Positions 1 through 12,397 of a DNA stretch of 64,000 nucleotides are shown one piece after another. The translations under genes were made by a program, and so were the position numbers. The stretch is from Antedon mediterranea (Eukaryota > Animalia > Echinodermata). The stretch lies in NCBI RefSeq assembly GCF_964355755.1, contig NC_092678.1, positions 24,321,365-24,385,364 of the forward strand. Direction: 5' to 3'. Positions within the stretch are counted from its first letter, which is position 1; each line of letters starts with the position of its first letter. The notes under the pieces are model-generated. The model was not told the DNA's origin, ran no database searches, and saw only the letters and a program-made list of their open reading frames with translations.

Positions 1-57
1 CTTTCTGTTGAGCACAAATTTACAATTCGAATACAAAAAGTACTCAACGAATCTTTA

Positions 58-384
58 TGCACTTGTCAATTGTATGACCCACTATACGAGCCCCGGGAGA
101 GGTGCGTCATGGGTGCGTCATTTACAAATAATTACTGACGCAGGGGTGCGTCAAAAAACCTAGATGGTACGTCACATCAATGAACAAGGTGTGTCAATGT
201 CCGTCACTTTACCACCCACCATATCATAAACAACATGGTCACAGTGCGCCAAAATGGGTGCGTCATGGTCACCTAAAGGTAAGTCACCTTTTTGACGCAC
301 GGGTGCGTCATGGTATTCAAAAGTCGGACAAATGACGCACCTCTCCTGGGGGTCGTATAGTGGGTCATACAATTGACAAGTGCA
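58..384. mobile_element. MITE, PIF/Harbinger (Tourist)-like
   Basis: ~53-bp terminal inverted repeat TGCACTTGTCAATTGTATGACCCACTATACGA... at 58 and its reverse complement ending at 384; TTA directly flanks both ends (55-57, 385-387); several internal GGTGCGTCA motifs. Confidence 0.85.
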
Positions 385-1435
385 TTACGTTGACAACGAA
401 AGTTCCAATCGAATACGACAATTGTTAATAATTTTAAGACAACTTTGACCTAGGCTAGGCTATGTGCATACAGAACCCTCCTCATAAATAAATAAAATAT
501 GGTTATTTTCTATCAATTTTATTATAATACCTACCAAGCAGCAGTCTTGAAATCATGTTTTTGTGGGATTCAAAACTTAGGCCTGGCCTATAGGCTACTA
601 ATGGTTAACTGAAACGCCATGGATGGGAGTAGCCAAACAGGGCTAACTAACTAAGGACGTAGGCTACTTCAGACAGGTACTGGTGTGGTGGTGACGACGT
701 GTGCATCAATCGAAATTGGAATTGGACCTTATTAGAGAAAAGCACCTAATTTATTCTAATTAAACAAAGTCTACAATATGTCACAATCATTTTGTAACTT
801 TAAAAGATTTATATTTTTTTTATAGATGTGCCTTATCTAATCAGCAGGCCTAAATACTTACCTTTATTATCTTTTTTGATGGTGGAAAAGCAGCTGTGGA
901 AAAGTTTGTTTGCAGGAGGCGAGAGGGGGAGAGGAGAGAGAGAGAGAGAGAGGAGAAAAATCAGCGCAGACGATCGACAATACCGTGATCTGATTGGTCA
1001 AGAGTCAGCGAGAAACTTCGGATCTGCTCGGATCATCGATCGGATCCGATTTTTCTGAATACGCAAGCGCAGTACGTAATATAATTTTACTTCATTGTTA
1101 GAAAGGCTATTTTGGTTATAAATAGGTCTAACTGTGGTTATACTGTTTTTTTATTAAAAATAAAACGCTCAACATCCTCCAAAAGTAATTTTTTGTCTGA
1201 TCTGGTGGTATGACAAAAAATCCATGTTGATGGCGCACTTTTTTGTTTATAAACGCGACAACTGACGCGTGAACTGACTAGACTAAGCTAACTTGGCGCG
1301 AATTTAGAAAAATAAATACTGTACTGCATGCAACTGATGTTATTTATTACAGAAAGTTATTTTATAAACAAATTAGGTTACACTGTTAACATTTGTTATG
1401 CAGTTTTCATAATTATTTACTCTACTCTATCTAGT

Positions 1436-1910
1436 AGGCTAGGCCTACTATTATATTATTAACATAATACTAATACTGATGATGATGATAGAGTAACTAG
1501 CCAGCCTCTTACCTAGCTACTACTAGTAGTAGGCTAGCTACTAGGCCTAGGCCTAGTAGGGCCAGGCCCTCCTAGGGGCCTAGGCTAGTTACTCTAGGCT
1601 AGTAGGCTAGTTACTCTAGGCTAGGCCTACTACTCTAGCCGGCTAGCTAGGACCTATTAGGGCCTAGCTCCAAGGCCAGAGAGAGAGGAGGCCTAGGCCT
1701 AGGCCTATATTACTAATTAGTCCTACTAGATAGCCTAGATTATTTATAAATAGGATAGGTCTAATAGTAAAGGCCTCTATTCTAACCCATCAGACCAGGG
1801 AGGGATAGAGGGTAGTACTGTATGTGTAGTAGTAGCTAGGCTAGGCCTAGCCTAGCTAGTCTTCTTCTCTATATCTAGAGGCAAACTATTGTAGTTAGAC
1901 TAGGCTATAT
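1436..1910. repeat. Cryptically simple TAGGCC/CTAG/AGCT-rich low-complexity tract
   Basis: Dense scrambled taggcct/ctag/agct words with no fixed period; similar tract at ~29020-29140. Confidence 0.7.
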
Positions 1911-2203
1911 GAATAATTAATACTGTATAATGATACAAGGCTGTACAGTGTAGTCTACTAGCTACTGAAGAATGTAAATTAAACATAAAATAATACATAA
2001 CAGTAGGCCTAGAACTTCATAATAGTCTCAATACAATGGTAATATGGTAGAGTACAATATCTGAGATATAAGAGTTTAGGTTCGAATTTAAGACTGTTTT
2101 AATTCTTGCTGTTTGATATACAGTAATAATATTCATAATATTTATTTTAAAAAAACAAATGGAGATTGCTTGGAAAGATTTGTATTAAACAATTTTTTTA
2201 CAG

Positions 2204-3270
2204 CCTTTAAAACGAAATCATGATGCCCAGAATGTCGTAGAGACTTTACGTACCAAACCCAGGACAGGTTAGTCAATGTGTCATCTTATAGTATTGTGTT
2301 TTCATAGTACTGTATCTGTTAGATAGATACAGTAGAAGGGAGACAAATAAATAATTCTGTGTAGCCAAATAATACCATGAAGCCAGTACCCAAATGAAAA
2401 AGTTTTTTAACAAGAGTAATATTATAAAAGGAAAAATATGTTATTATGCAAGTTTTTTCTTTGAAAGTCAAAAAAAGAGTTGAAATTATTACAATTTAAG
2501 AAGTGTAATTAGCAAAAAAATGTACCCCTTATCCCATACCCTTTCCCAACAAAGTGCCTCTTGCTATGTTTTCATAGTAATATTATTACGTTTTGGGAAA
2601 ATTGTTGTCTAAAGATATGTAGTGTGTAAAGGCCACACAGACAATAATAATATAGAATATATAATAAAAATATAGAATCTATGTTATTCCTTAAATGACT
2701 ACAATGAGGAACGGTCGGTTTTCGCTCAAGATAGATTCAGAGTCTACATTGGACAAACTACAGTACGTGGCCTTTAACCTATGTTTTATTTCATTTAAGT
2801 TTTGTACCATGTTTTAGTGCAGCAACAAGATCTTTAAAAAAAGAACCGTAACCTTTTCTTTCATTACTTTTAGGTGCTGGTGTTTTGGTTCTAAACAATT
2901 TAATTTATGTTGTCGGTGGTTACGATGGTAACAGTCTTCTGTGAAATATTACAATCCACGGACCGACTCGTGGAACCTTGTTGCAAAGATGATGTCACCG
3001 CGTTGTTATGTAGGCGCTGTTACAATCACGGAATACGGTACGCCGTATCGGGGTAAGAAGAATTTTATTTCTATTTATTTTTTATATTTGTGCATGAAAC
3101 ATAAATATAGATTTTCATCTGCATGGCTATCACCTCAATTATATTCTAAATGTTCGTTTTCTGTGTCGGTATTAAGAAAGACATTACTTTTTTATTTCTA
3201 AAGATGCGATGGTTCAAAACTGTTAAATACGGTAGAATGGTATGATCCATTTGAAAATGCTTTTCAAACC
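2204..3270 (+). pseudogene. Kelch-like (KLHL12-like) unprocessed pseudogene fragments
   Basis: Exon-like pieces 2204-2267 (..RTKPRTG), 2874-3052 (GAGVLVLNNLIYVVGGYDGNS / frameshift / SVKYYNPRTDSWNLVAKMMSPRCYVGAVTI) and 3204 onward (CDGSKLLNTVEWYDPFENAF); GGYDG...Y.P..D.W kelch signature; PRCYVGA resembles KLHL12; splice sites retained but frame broken near 2935-2943. Confidence 0.75.
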
Positions 3271-3559
3271 TTAAGTGACATTTTTAATACCGGTACAATA
3301 ATAATTCCTGCTCTTAACTGTAAAATAGAAAAACAAAAATAAAATTTTCTTGATGATCTGAAAGTACCTGTATCTTAAATTTAAAAATATAATATTATGT
3401 TGTTCCCGATTTTAATTATTTGCACTAATAGTATTTTTTCAGAATTTGATTAAACCATAGGACATATTTATAAATACATAATATGCATGTGACAAATTTA
3501 AAGAACTTTAAATCAAAGAATACATAGAAATTGAGTGGCCAAAGTAAGCCTCGTGATCA

Positions 3560-3830
3560 AAGCAAACTCTGATCAAAGCGTGGCTTCTCTAACAGTATTC
3601 TGAAACCATCTCCTGACTTCTGTCATCCTACTTGCTTGCTCCATAGAGCCAAACACATCTGTTATAGTCTTTTCCCATCTTGGTCTTCCTCTTCTTCTCT
3701 TCCCTGGAATACAAGCCTCCAACACTCTCTTCTCCATTCCATCTTGCCGCTTAATGCTGCTTTTTAACATACTTCAGCAACCCAATCATTTGATACTCCA
3801 AGCTCCTCTCTTATGCTATCATTAGTAAGC
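3560..3830 (-). mobile_element. 3' end of a non-LTR retrotransposon (RTE-like), decayed
   Basis: ORF 3573-3770 reads ...EKRVLEACIPGKRRRGRPRWEKTI...RRWFQNTVREAT, typical of the C-terminus of RTE-clade ORF2 (GKRxRGRP..W). Confidence 0.7.
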
Positions 3831-4665
3831 CTATGTAGGATGCAATAAATAGGCCTAATATGTTGCTTGTAGATATGAATAAATCATATAATAGACCTAT
3901 AATAAATGTGACATAAGTAAGTCAATAAATAATATATGTTTATGTTTCCCGCACGACGGATGATAGGTCAGATGTAAACTATTCTTTACATTTGTGTTCT
4001 TTTATCTAAATTACATGAATTTACCTAGTGTAGTAGCCTAAAAAATTCTATTCTTAGGCAGGTTTTTTTATTGCACTATTTAAAATAAAAAATTATTTTT
4101 AAATTCTTAAAATAGTATACTTGAATTGAAGGTGATTTTAGGTTTAAAGGTCAATCAATCCAAATTTCGTGTTGTATTTTAGTTTTACGATACGATAAGT
4201 TCTCAAACAAATTTACTTATTTTATTACATTTCGGTATGTAGCATTAATAATAACTAGCTTATTATGTTTACAGATAGTTTAAGTACTTTTAAGTGATTT
4301 ATTGGTTTAATGTCATGTCAAAAAATAGGTGATTTGACTGCAATTCCATCATACCAATACATTCAATTTGTGACGGCTCTTGTGCCTCATCAAAACACTT
4401 GAGGCTGCCTGATGTCAGTGGTATGAGTAAGGCCTAGGTTTAACTTGTCCGGGGACCATTATTATTGTAAAAACTTATTGACACATAAATGACACCTGAA
4501 GGGTTTTTACTTACGACATTTGTGGTTGACCTTTGTGTTCCTATACCACAACTGATTAACTAACTATTGTCAGTAATGTGGTAAAACTGAATTGTAAAGT
4601 AATCCAATTTTTTTTATAGGCCTCTGGTTGATAGTAAATAGTTTTGAAGAGAACTGGATGCAACA

Positions 4666-7600
4666 ATGTCGGAAAATAATAATTTTCAGTAAGTACATAT
4701 TAGAATATAGTTGCCAAGTAATATAAAATTGCCCTTAATCATATCACACCAGTTGTTTACAGTAATTTTGTAAGGTTTCTTCCAACAAAATGACATCTTT
4801 TTATTTGAAATGACGAGTACAGTTTAGCATTTTCTACATTATGAACACTATCAATATATAAATCATATTAAATAACCACATAAAATGTTTTTTAAATTCC
4901 CTTTTCCAATAGATTAATTGTGTAATATATGATTATTGGTTCTTTGAGACCAAATGACTAATATTTTCTCAAATTTATTAGATTGTAAAAAAAAGGCGTC
5001 TATTATGTCGAAAGGTAATTTGCTAATACAATTAATATTACTGTAAATCTTGTAATTGTAACCCTGGGTTATTCTTTGATTATTAGGGTGGGTTACTATT
5101 ACAGAAGGGGGTTACTATAGAGTAATGGTTTACTATTACTAATCTTAAATTAGGCACCTGAAAATAGTAACTCACCCCCAACTTTTCCGGTCAGCAACCC
5201 ATAGCAAAATAATAAAACAGTACGAATAAACAAATTTGATTGAACTCTAACTTTATTTTATAAACTCAAAAACAACTTAATCCTCCCCCATTCCCGAGAT
5301 CAACATGCATTATCTATATATTTTCAAAATACGGCTGCATCATAAGTTTTTGTGACTCAAATAGTAACCCCCATGTGTTACTATTAGAGTAGTGGGTTAT
5401 TATTATAGATTGACTTATAAGGTGGGTTACTATTAGAAGGGGTGGGGGTACTATTAGAGGTGCGGGGGGGGGGGGGGGTTACTATTAGAAGGGGACGGGT
5501 TACTATTAGAAGATTTACGGTATAATACTACTTATTAGCTTTTGCTGTACAGTTCAACCATAGTATACTAGATGTTTCCATTTCTTTTCATTCAAGTGTG
5601 TTTTGTTTTTCTTAACATGAATAATTTCAGTTTACCTACCACCTCGTTTGTGTGAATGTTGCAGTGTGTGAACTTTAACCCTGTGACCCATTATCAAATT
5701 TGTTTCCTTGATGATTTTATTAATATTATATTCCCATTAACAGTATATTATTAATATTATATCCAAGTAATGGGAAATGAAAATTAACACAAAAAAAATG
5801 AATTGGCTAAATAATTATGACATGCACCTTAAAAGTTGTGTTCAGTACTATATACAGTTTACAATTTTTAATAGTTTGTCATATACACAAATTTATACAT
5901 ATTTATAACTATTACTGTACATTCATGTAAAACATTCGTAAATAAGATTATCTTGTAATGACTATATTTAAAAAAAACTAAACTGTACATTTACTCTTAA
6001 ATAAATTTTTTTTTCGTTTATTTTTTTTATAAATAATTAGCTTGTCTATTTTTTGGTCTTCTCCCCTCATTATCTTTACTGTTAAACTTGAACTATTATT
6101 TTGAAAACCAATTTTTAACTAATGGTTTCTAATTCTATCATACTTCCCGGTTCCTGAGACCCCATTTCATCATTTTCTTGAATCATTGTACATACTATTA
6201 TATTATGGTAATTTGTGCTAAATGTATTTGTATTTGTACAGTACATGCATACACAAATTTGTATTGGTTTTTAAAATACGATGAATAAGGATGAATAATT
6301 GCTTTTTTGAAGTACAGTATTTGAAGCTTAGCCTTATATTTTTGATTCATTAATTATTACAGATTTCATCATATTATCTATATATAAATTATTTATTTAA
6401 ATTTTTTAATTTATATTATAAATTATTAACTGCCTTTTGAGTATGCACATATATAGTTTTTATCTTATGACTTTGGCACTGTATATACCTTTACTATACT
6501 GATCATCTTCCTCAAACTACAATCTCTAATCATTCAAATCTGAAAACCAAAGTTAAGACCATGCAAACATTTTGTGCAATCTAGAGATTTTAGTTTTTGA
6601 GAGAGTTGACTTCATTTGCAATTTTATAATAATTTTGTTTGAATTTTCTTGCTGTTTTACAGTTTTTTCTTTTACCTGTAATAACTATCATTTAATTTTT
6701 ACTTTAAACAAAGTTATATTTGTATTAATAAAGTCTAAAAAAGATCATTTTACAATCAAGAAACTTTACAACCCGACCAGGATTGATCATTGGAAATGTA
6801 GGCCTGTTAGGCATACAACAAGTACACAGTGACACACTTAACTTGTTCAGCCTATTTGGTTGGGGAAAAAAAATGTTAGCCTCAATTCTTCCACTTAACA
6901 ATTTTTATTCGTTTAACTAACTATATATTTTTTGGTCATTTAAATATAATGTATCTTTAAATATAATTCTTTTTGTATTGCGGTAATTAAACTTTTTAGC
7001 CATCTTAAAACTTTTTAAATACTAAACATTATTAGTGTAATAGCTCGTGTTTGAATAGTAAATTTATTTTAAAACTCATTATTGATTCTTCTGTTATTGT
7101 AGGATTGGTGCTCTCAGTGTGGAGTTGGACCACCCAAGTCGCTTGGAGGATAAGAATTTAAGCGACAAAAAGTAAGTGAAATAACTTCTTAAACTCTGTC
7201 TACACTATCAAACTAGTTTGACAAAAAAGTGTGATGTGCCCAAGTACCCGTATGGTAGTGATATGATATTAAGATGTCCTCCATATATGGGCACATGACA
7301 TTTTTTTTGTCATATAACATTTTCTGAACCTTATTTATTAAAATTATTTTGAACTTAAATTCTTCATTAAATCATTGATATTAAATGTTTTAGTTTTTTT
7401 ATTTATCTAGGTGATACTTTTCAGGAAGTAAAAATAATTGATTTTGGAGGTTCCGATTCAAATTATCTTGGTAAACTTAAGTAGTTTTAGTCATGGTTTT
7501 GGCATCGTATTAATGAGTTATTAAAAATTTGCATGAATTAATTTTTAATATATTCAGTGCATGTTATTGTTAAACAACAAAAGTAAAACAAACAAAAATC

Positions 7601-7771
7601 TGCAATGCAAATGGTGCTAGTTTTGTATGTATCACAAATAAAAATAAACTTGGTTACTTCATGGTACGTTATTGACTACAAATTTGTTTTGTATGCTACC
7701 AAAGTTAACACACTCGTCAGGTCAAAGGTACAACCATAACTATGTAGTTATCTCTTACTCATATATATTTT

Positions 7772-7808
<37 letters not shown>

Positions 7809-8957
7809 CGTATATAAATCCAAAGGCAAGTTACTGAAAAAATGACAATGCTGTGGGTATCAGTGGCTGGATCATTCTCTGGAAAAAAAAGCGAAAAGCT
7901 AAATCAAAACAGCCAGAAAAGTTAGAGCTTTCGGGCAACACTAGCCCTTCATCAGTGTATCGTATATAATATATTTTTTATTTTTCATTCATGGTGTTCC
8001 TGCCTCCTCACATAAATTGTTGTTTATTGTTGCTGTTTGTGGTTGTAATGTCAAAAAAAGTACCTTAATATTTAATTTATTCCACCCTTTTCACGAATAC
8101 TCATATTCAAAGATGCAATTAGCAGGGGATAATATTGAGGGTCCCACCAATTGAGTATGGTGTTTTAGAGACACTAACACTTTTTTTGTCAAACTAGTTT
8201 GATAGTGTTTTCAGAGCTTAATAAATGTTGTGTCTGTGCAGTATATTCATGAATGCAAACTTGAGTTGCCCTGTGCTAGCTAGTATTACTTCATATAGGC
8301 TTATGGCTTTAAACCAACTAGTTTTTCATTTGTGGCTATTCATTAGATTGTATTTTACCCCTTCCCATGCAATATTTTATAATTTAGATGTATTCCGTGC
8401 AATACTTAGTATGTTTGTACACTATGATGTGCCCATATGAACACCATGATATCATGTCACTACCATATTTGGACACATCACACTTTTTTTCTCAAACTAG
8501 TTTGATAGTGTAGAAAGAGCTTAAAGCATGTGTAGGAGTTGTGAGGTAATTTCCCGATTGATCGTAATCAAAACGGTACTGGGTATGGTCTACTAGATTT
8601 TCTGCTCCCAACCAGTACATCCATTCATAGAAGCCTTGATGAAGCAAGCCTACCTGGTGGTAACCATAGGACGGTTCCGAGATAACGACTATACTTCAGC
8701 TTTAGTCGATAGAAGATTGAAATATTGTTAGAGATAGAGTATACGATGCTTGATTATGTGTAGATGTATGATTTGTTCTATTATCCAAATGATGTTCCGC
8801 ATATAGGAGATGAAGATAGTAGGCGTGGTTGGGTGTAATGATTTTGTATATTAAATAATTATCCTACACTGCATATTATGCGATAAATAATATTGTATAT
8901 ATTTTTAAAATATTTATTGTTATGATTATAATATTAATAAAAATATATTTGTTAGTA

Positions 8958-8988
<31 letters not shown>

Positions 8989-11900
8989 TTAAAAAGAAAT
9001 AAAATATAGATTAAGGGTTAACTTAGTCTTTTAAAGGAACTTATTAGAACATCACCTCATGATAGTGATTTTTTTAACCTTCGGTTTATTTCACTTTATT
9101 TCTCAAATAGACGACTTTTGTTCTGGTAGCATGCTTGCTAGTGCATGTAATATATATTTCTATATAATCCAATTAAAAGTCGCCTACATTCACCACCAAC
9201 CACTGTTGGCAATAACACTGACCCGTTTGTCCATTTCACGCTCTATGAAAAAAAAGCACTAAGCAAGATCGGTCCAATCTGTATCTGTCTATAGAGTACA
9301 TGTTCTTACTTACTCTTTAATTTTCTTCACAGCAATGAAGAGAAACCACTAGACACTGGTTATGGTGGTTCGGAAGCAAGTGTAGCCTTTTCACAGTAAG
9401 TGTGGCCAAAAAATGTTTTATGTATATTCATTTTTTAGAAAGGTAGCCCTAATTTATTTTTATAACTATTTATATTTCAATGTTTAGGTGCCGAACTTGA
9501 TTATTTTTAACTATTTTTTAGCCCTTCCATTGATATAATTGTGTTTTATTTATGTTGCAATGTTTAGCATAGAAAGAAAGAAATCCAAACCAAATAAATT
9601 TAGATGCGTTGGTGGTACAAACTTAGCCAAACTGGCAGCCAATTTGAATATGTAAACAACATTTTTACGCACATTTTCTTCTCTGGTTAAACATATGTTT
9701 TGTTTTATTTAGAAGTTATGATGAAGAATCACAGCAGGAACTGGTACAAAAGAGGGTGTCAGATTTCGAGCAGAGTTCCAAGTCGGAAGCTGCATCATCG
9801 GAAACTCTGCAACCTTCGAAGGAACTACCAAAGCAGATGGAAGATTTCGAGCAGAGTTCCAAGTCGAAAGCTGCATCATCGGAAACTCTGCAACCTTCGA
9901 AGGAACTACCAAAGCAGATGGAAGATTTCGAGCAGAGTTCCAAGTCGAAAGCTGCATCATCGGAAACTCTGCAACCTTCGAAGGAACTACCAAAGCAGAT
10001 GGAAGATTTCGAGCAGCAGAGTTCCAAGTCGGAAGCTGCATCATCGGAAACTCTGCAACCTTCGAAGGAACTACCAAAGCAGATGGAAGATTTCGAGCAG
10101 AGTTCCAAGTCGGAAGCTGCATCATCGGACAATCTGCAACCTTCGAAGGAACTACTAAAGCAGACAGAAGAAAAGAAGAAGAAAGAAGAAGAAATGAAGG
10201 AACAGAGGCTGCTGAACTGGATTCAATTTATTTTCCAAGTGATAGGCCTGTTATATAATATGTAAGATTTATTTATTTATTTATTCTGCTTGACATTCAA
10301 TTGAGTTTAATGATCATGTAGAGTACCAACTGTAATATGAGAGTGTGTTGTTGGCTGATGTGTGAACATTTATTTATAACCTTTGTGTTATTGAGTGACT
10401 ATTGTTATGACAAGCTAATTTTGAACACATTTGGAACACAAATTATCCCAAGCATATTGATAATATATGTTGACTTAGGTATGACATGAATCTTTTTGTT
10501 TTTAAGGTTTGGACGTCCAACAGGTCAACCACGTCAGCAGCCAGTTGAACCAAGACAAATTCCTGGATGTACAGGTACTATTTCTGATAAGTTCCTTAAC
10601 CTATTTTGGGTAGTTTGCCATTAGACTGCAGATTGAATTGATGAATGTTTGTCTGGCCTTCTATAGTCATTACAGTACCCTTAAATGTATTAGAATAGGT
10701 ACAGCATGGCTAGAATACCCCATGGCTATAAACTAGATTAGAAGATATCGAGAAGAGCTTTCCACATTGTGTAGCTTGAAATCCATTTATATATAGTTGT
10801 GAGATATAATGAAAGCTTTTTCATCCATGTATATAGGTGTACTAGGTACAGAAGGCAATCTGGATAATATGGAAGTTACATCTCCATGTGTCCAACAAGA
10901 AACCCCAGAAAAGCCAGACGAGAATGTAGACATTGAACCGGCTGCTGTTAAGGTGGACAAGACAAACATCCAAACTGCACAAGTACTATTTGCACCTCCT
11001 CCTCCTAACACCACACGTTATTCATCTAATAGACAAGGTGTGTTCTTCATTTTTATTATATTCATCATATCTCTTTTGCATTTCTCATCATACTATCGTA
11101 TTTATTTGAATAATAATAATGAACACCACATATACACAAAATATCGCATTATAGCACATTTCTATTTGTAGTTGAAGTCATTGACTGATATTGACTGCTG
11201 CAATTAATTAAGCATTTTACTGTATTTTTATTCAAATAAATATGGTATCTGTGTTCTCTAATTTTTGTAAAGCCTATGCCATCAGACAGCGAATACTGGT
11301 TACCCCTGATGATGCGCCCTAGCTTTCACCATTCGACTGTGTTATCAAAGTATTGTAAATATGCCTTTTTCATGCTGCAGACACTCTGCTCTCTTCTTTA
11401 CCAATTATGTTTATCGATTTGTTTTGGATATTTGCTTTTAAAATAAAACTTTTCTTTTAGAACTGAGACCAAGACTTATAGGATTTGGAACACAAAACGA
11501 GGTAAATAACAATATATATAGCATTGAAATAGGTAGGATTGAAATATAGGTAGGATTGACATATAGGTAGGATTGAAATATAGGTAGGATTGAAATAAAC
11601 CATGATAGACATTTCCTTTTTTTGCAAACACAGAACACAATTTACATATATTATATTATTAATAAATTAGGATAAACATAAATAACAGATCACCCCATTA
11701 TAAAAGATATCTAAACTTTTATTTACAGACTGCTGGGCAGAACAAAAGACGCGGCCCCCAGCCTATAGAAGAAGCACCACCACCTTACGGCATTGAAGAG
11801 GTAATTGCTTATTCAACTCTTGAAAATAAAAAAAATACTGTGTTTGATCACAAACTTTGTTTACCAAATTAATTAATGATAAAAAGTAAAATTATCCATG

Positions 11901-12397
11901 AAATTTGTTTTGCAGACTGGGCTCCAGAATCCCCGTGGAGGAGGTAGTGTACAACCGATTGCAGAGGACCCACCTTATGGTATCCAGGAGGTAAATACAT
12001 TAAGCATGTTCATGAATTAATTATCTTGATTGTCATAACAATGATAAACGGAAACCTTTCAGATAGAAATCAAATCCTGATCGTATTTATAATAAAGACG
12101 CGTGTTTGGTTGAATGCAATGAAATTTGTTTTAAATCACATTATAACCAAGGTTGAACATGTTGCTACAGCATATGCCACTAGATTAGGGTGCTAAGCTG
12201 AACACCTTATTTAATTGCTGTAGGTTCACATAAAATAATAGTGGAAGCATATTTCCATAGTGGAAACATATAAACATATAAACAATGAAACTATTTTTCA
12301 TACAGCTATGTCAAATTTTGTTAATACAATTTAAAATAAAACGAATATTCCTTTTATTTTTCAGGAAAACTTGGATGAAGTTAGTAACAAAAAATAA
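4666..12397 (+). CDS. Orphan ~397-aa low-complexity protein with 27-aa repeats and one hydrophobic segment (10 exons)
   Basis: Exons 4666-4688, 7103-7171, 9333-9395, 9713-10261, 10507-10574, 10837-11037, 11461-11501, 11729-11800, 11916-11990, 12365-12397 all have AG/GT borders and join in phase into one 1194-nt stop-free frame (MSENNNFQIGALSVELDH...ENLDEVSNKK*); 5' exons less certain. Confidence 0.7.
5041..5520. mobile_element. TA-flanked MITE (Tc1/mariner-like ends)
   Basis: CTGTAAATCTTGTAATTGTAACCC ... GGGTTACTATTAGAAGATTTACGG imperfect TIRs, TA on both sides, subterminal GGGTTACTATTA repeats. Confidence 0.7.
7813..7957 (-). mobile_element. Short Penelope-like retroposon fragment, copy 1 (hammerhead core, weak stem I)
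   Basis: Homologous to 17871-18113 and 27013-27147; flanked by direct repeat TATCGTATATAA (7806-7817, 7958-7969); minus strand has CTGATGAAGGGCTAGTGTTGCCCGAAAGCTC. Confidence 0.65.
9761..10158 (+). repeat. Coding tandem repeat, 81 bp x ~5
   Basis: Unit encodes MEDFEQSSKS(E/K)AASSETLQPSKELPKQ; copies near-identical, one has an in-frame CAG insertion. Confidence 0.95.

Noticed and set aside
535-556. Possible first exon of a minus-strand gene (MISRLLL|GTAGGT)
   Set aside because: Too short, and any continuation lies outside the window
7411-7470. Extra exon of the orphan gene
   Set aside because: Both candidate acceptors give an immediate stop in the required phase
9700-10158. Alternative-frame and antisense ORFs over the 81-bp repeat
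   Set aside because: Only the frame of ORF 9756-10265 joins in phase with neighbouring exons
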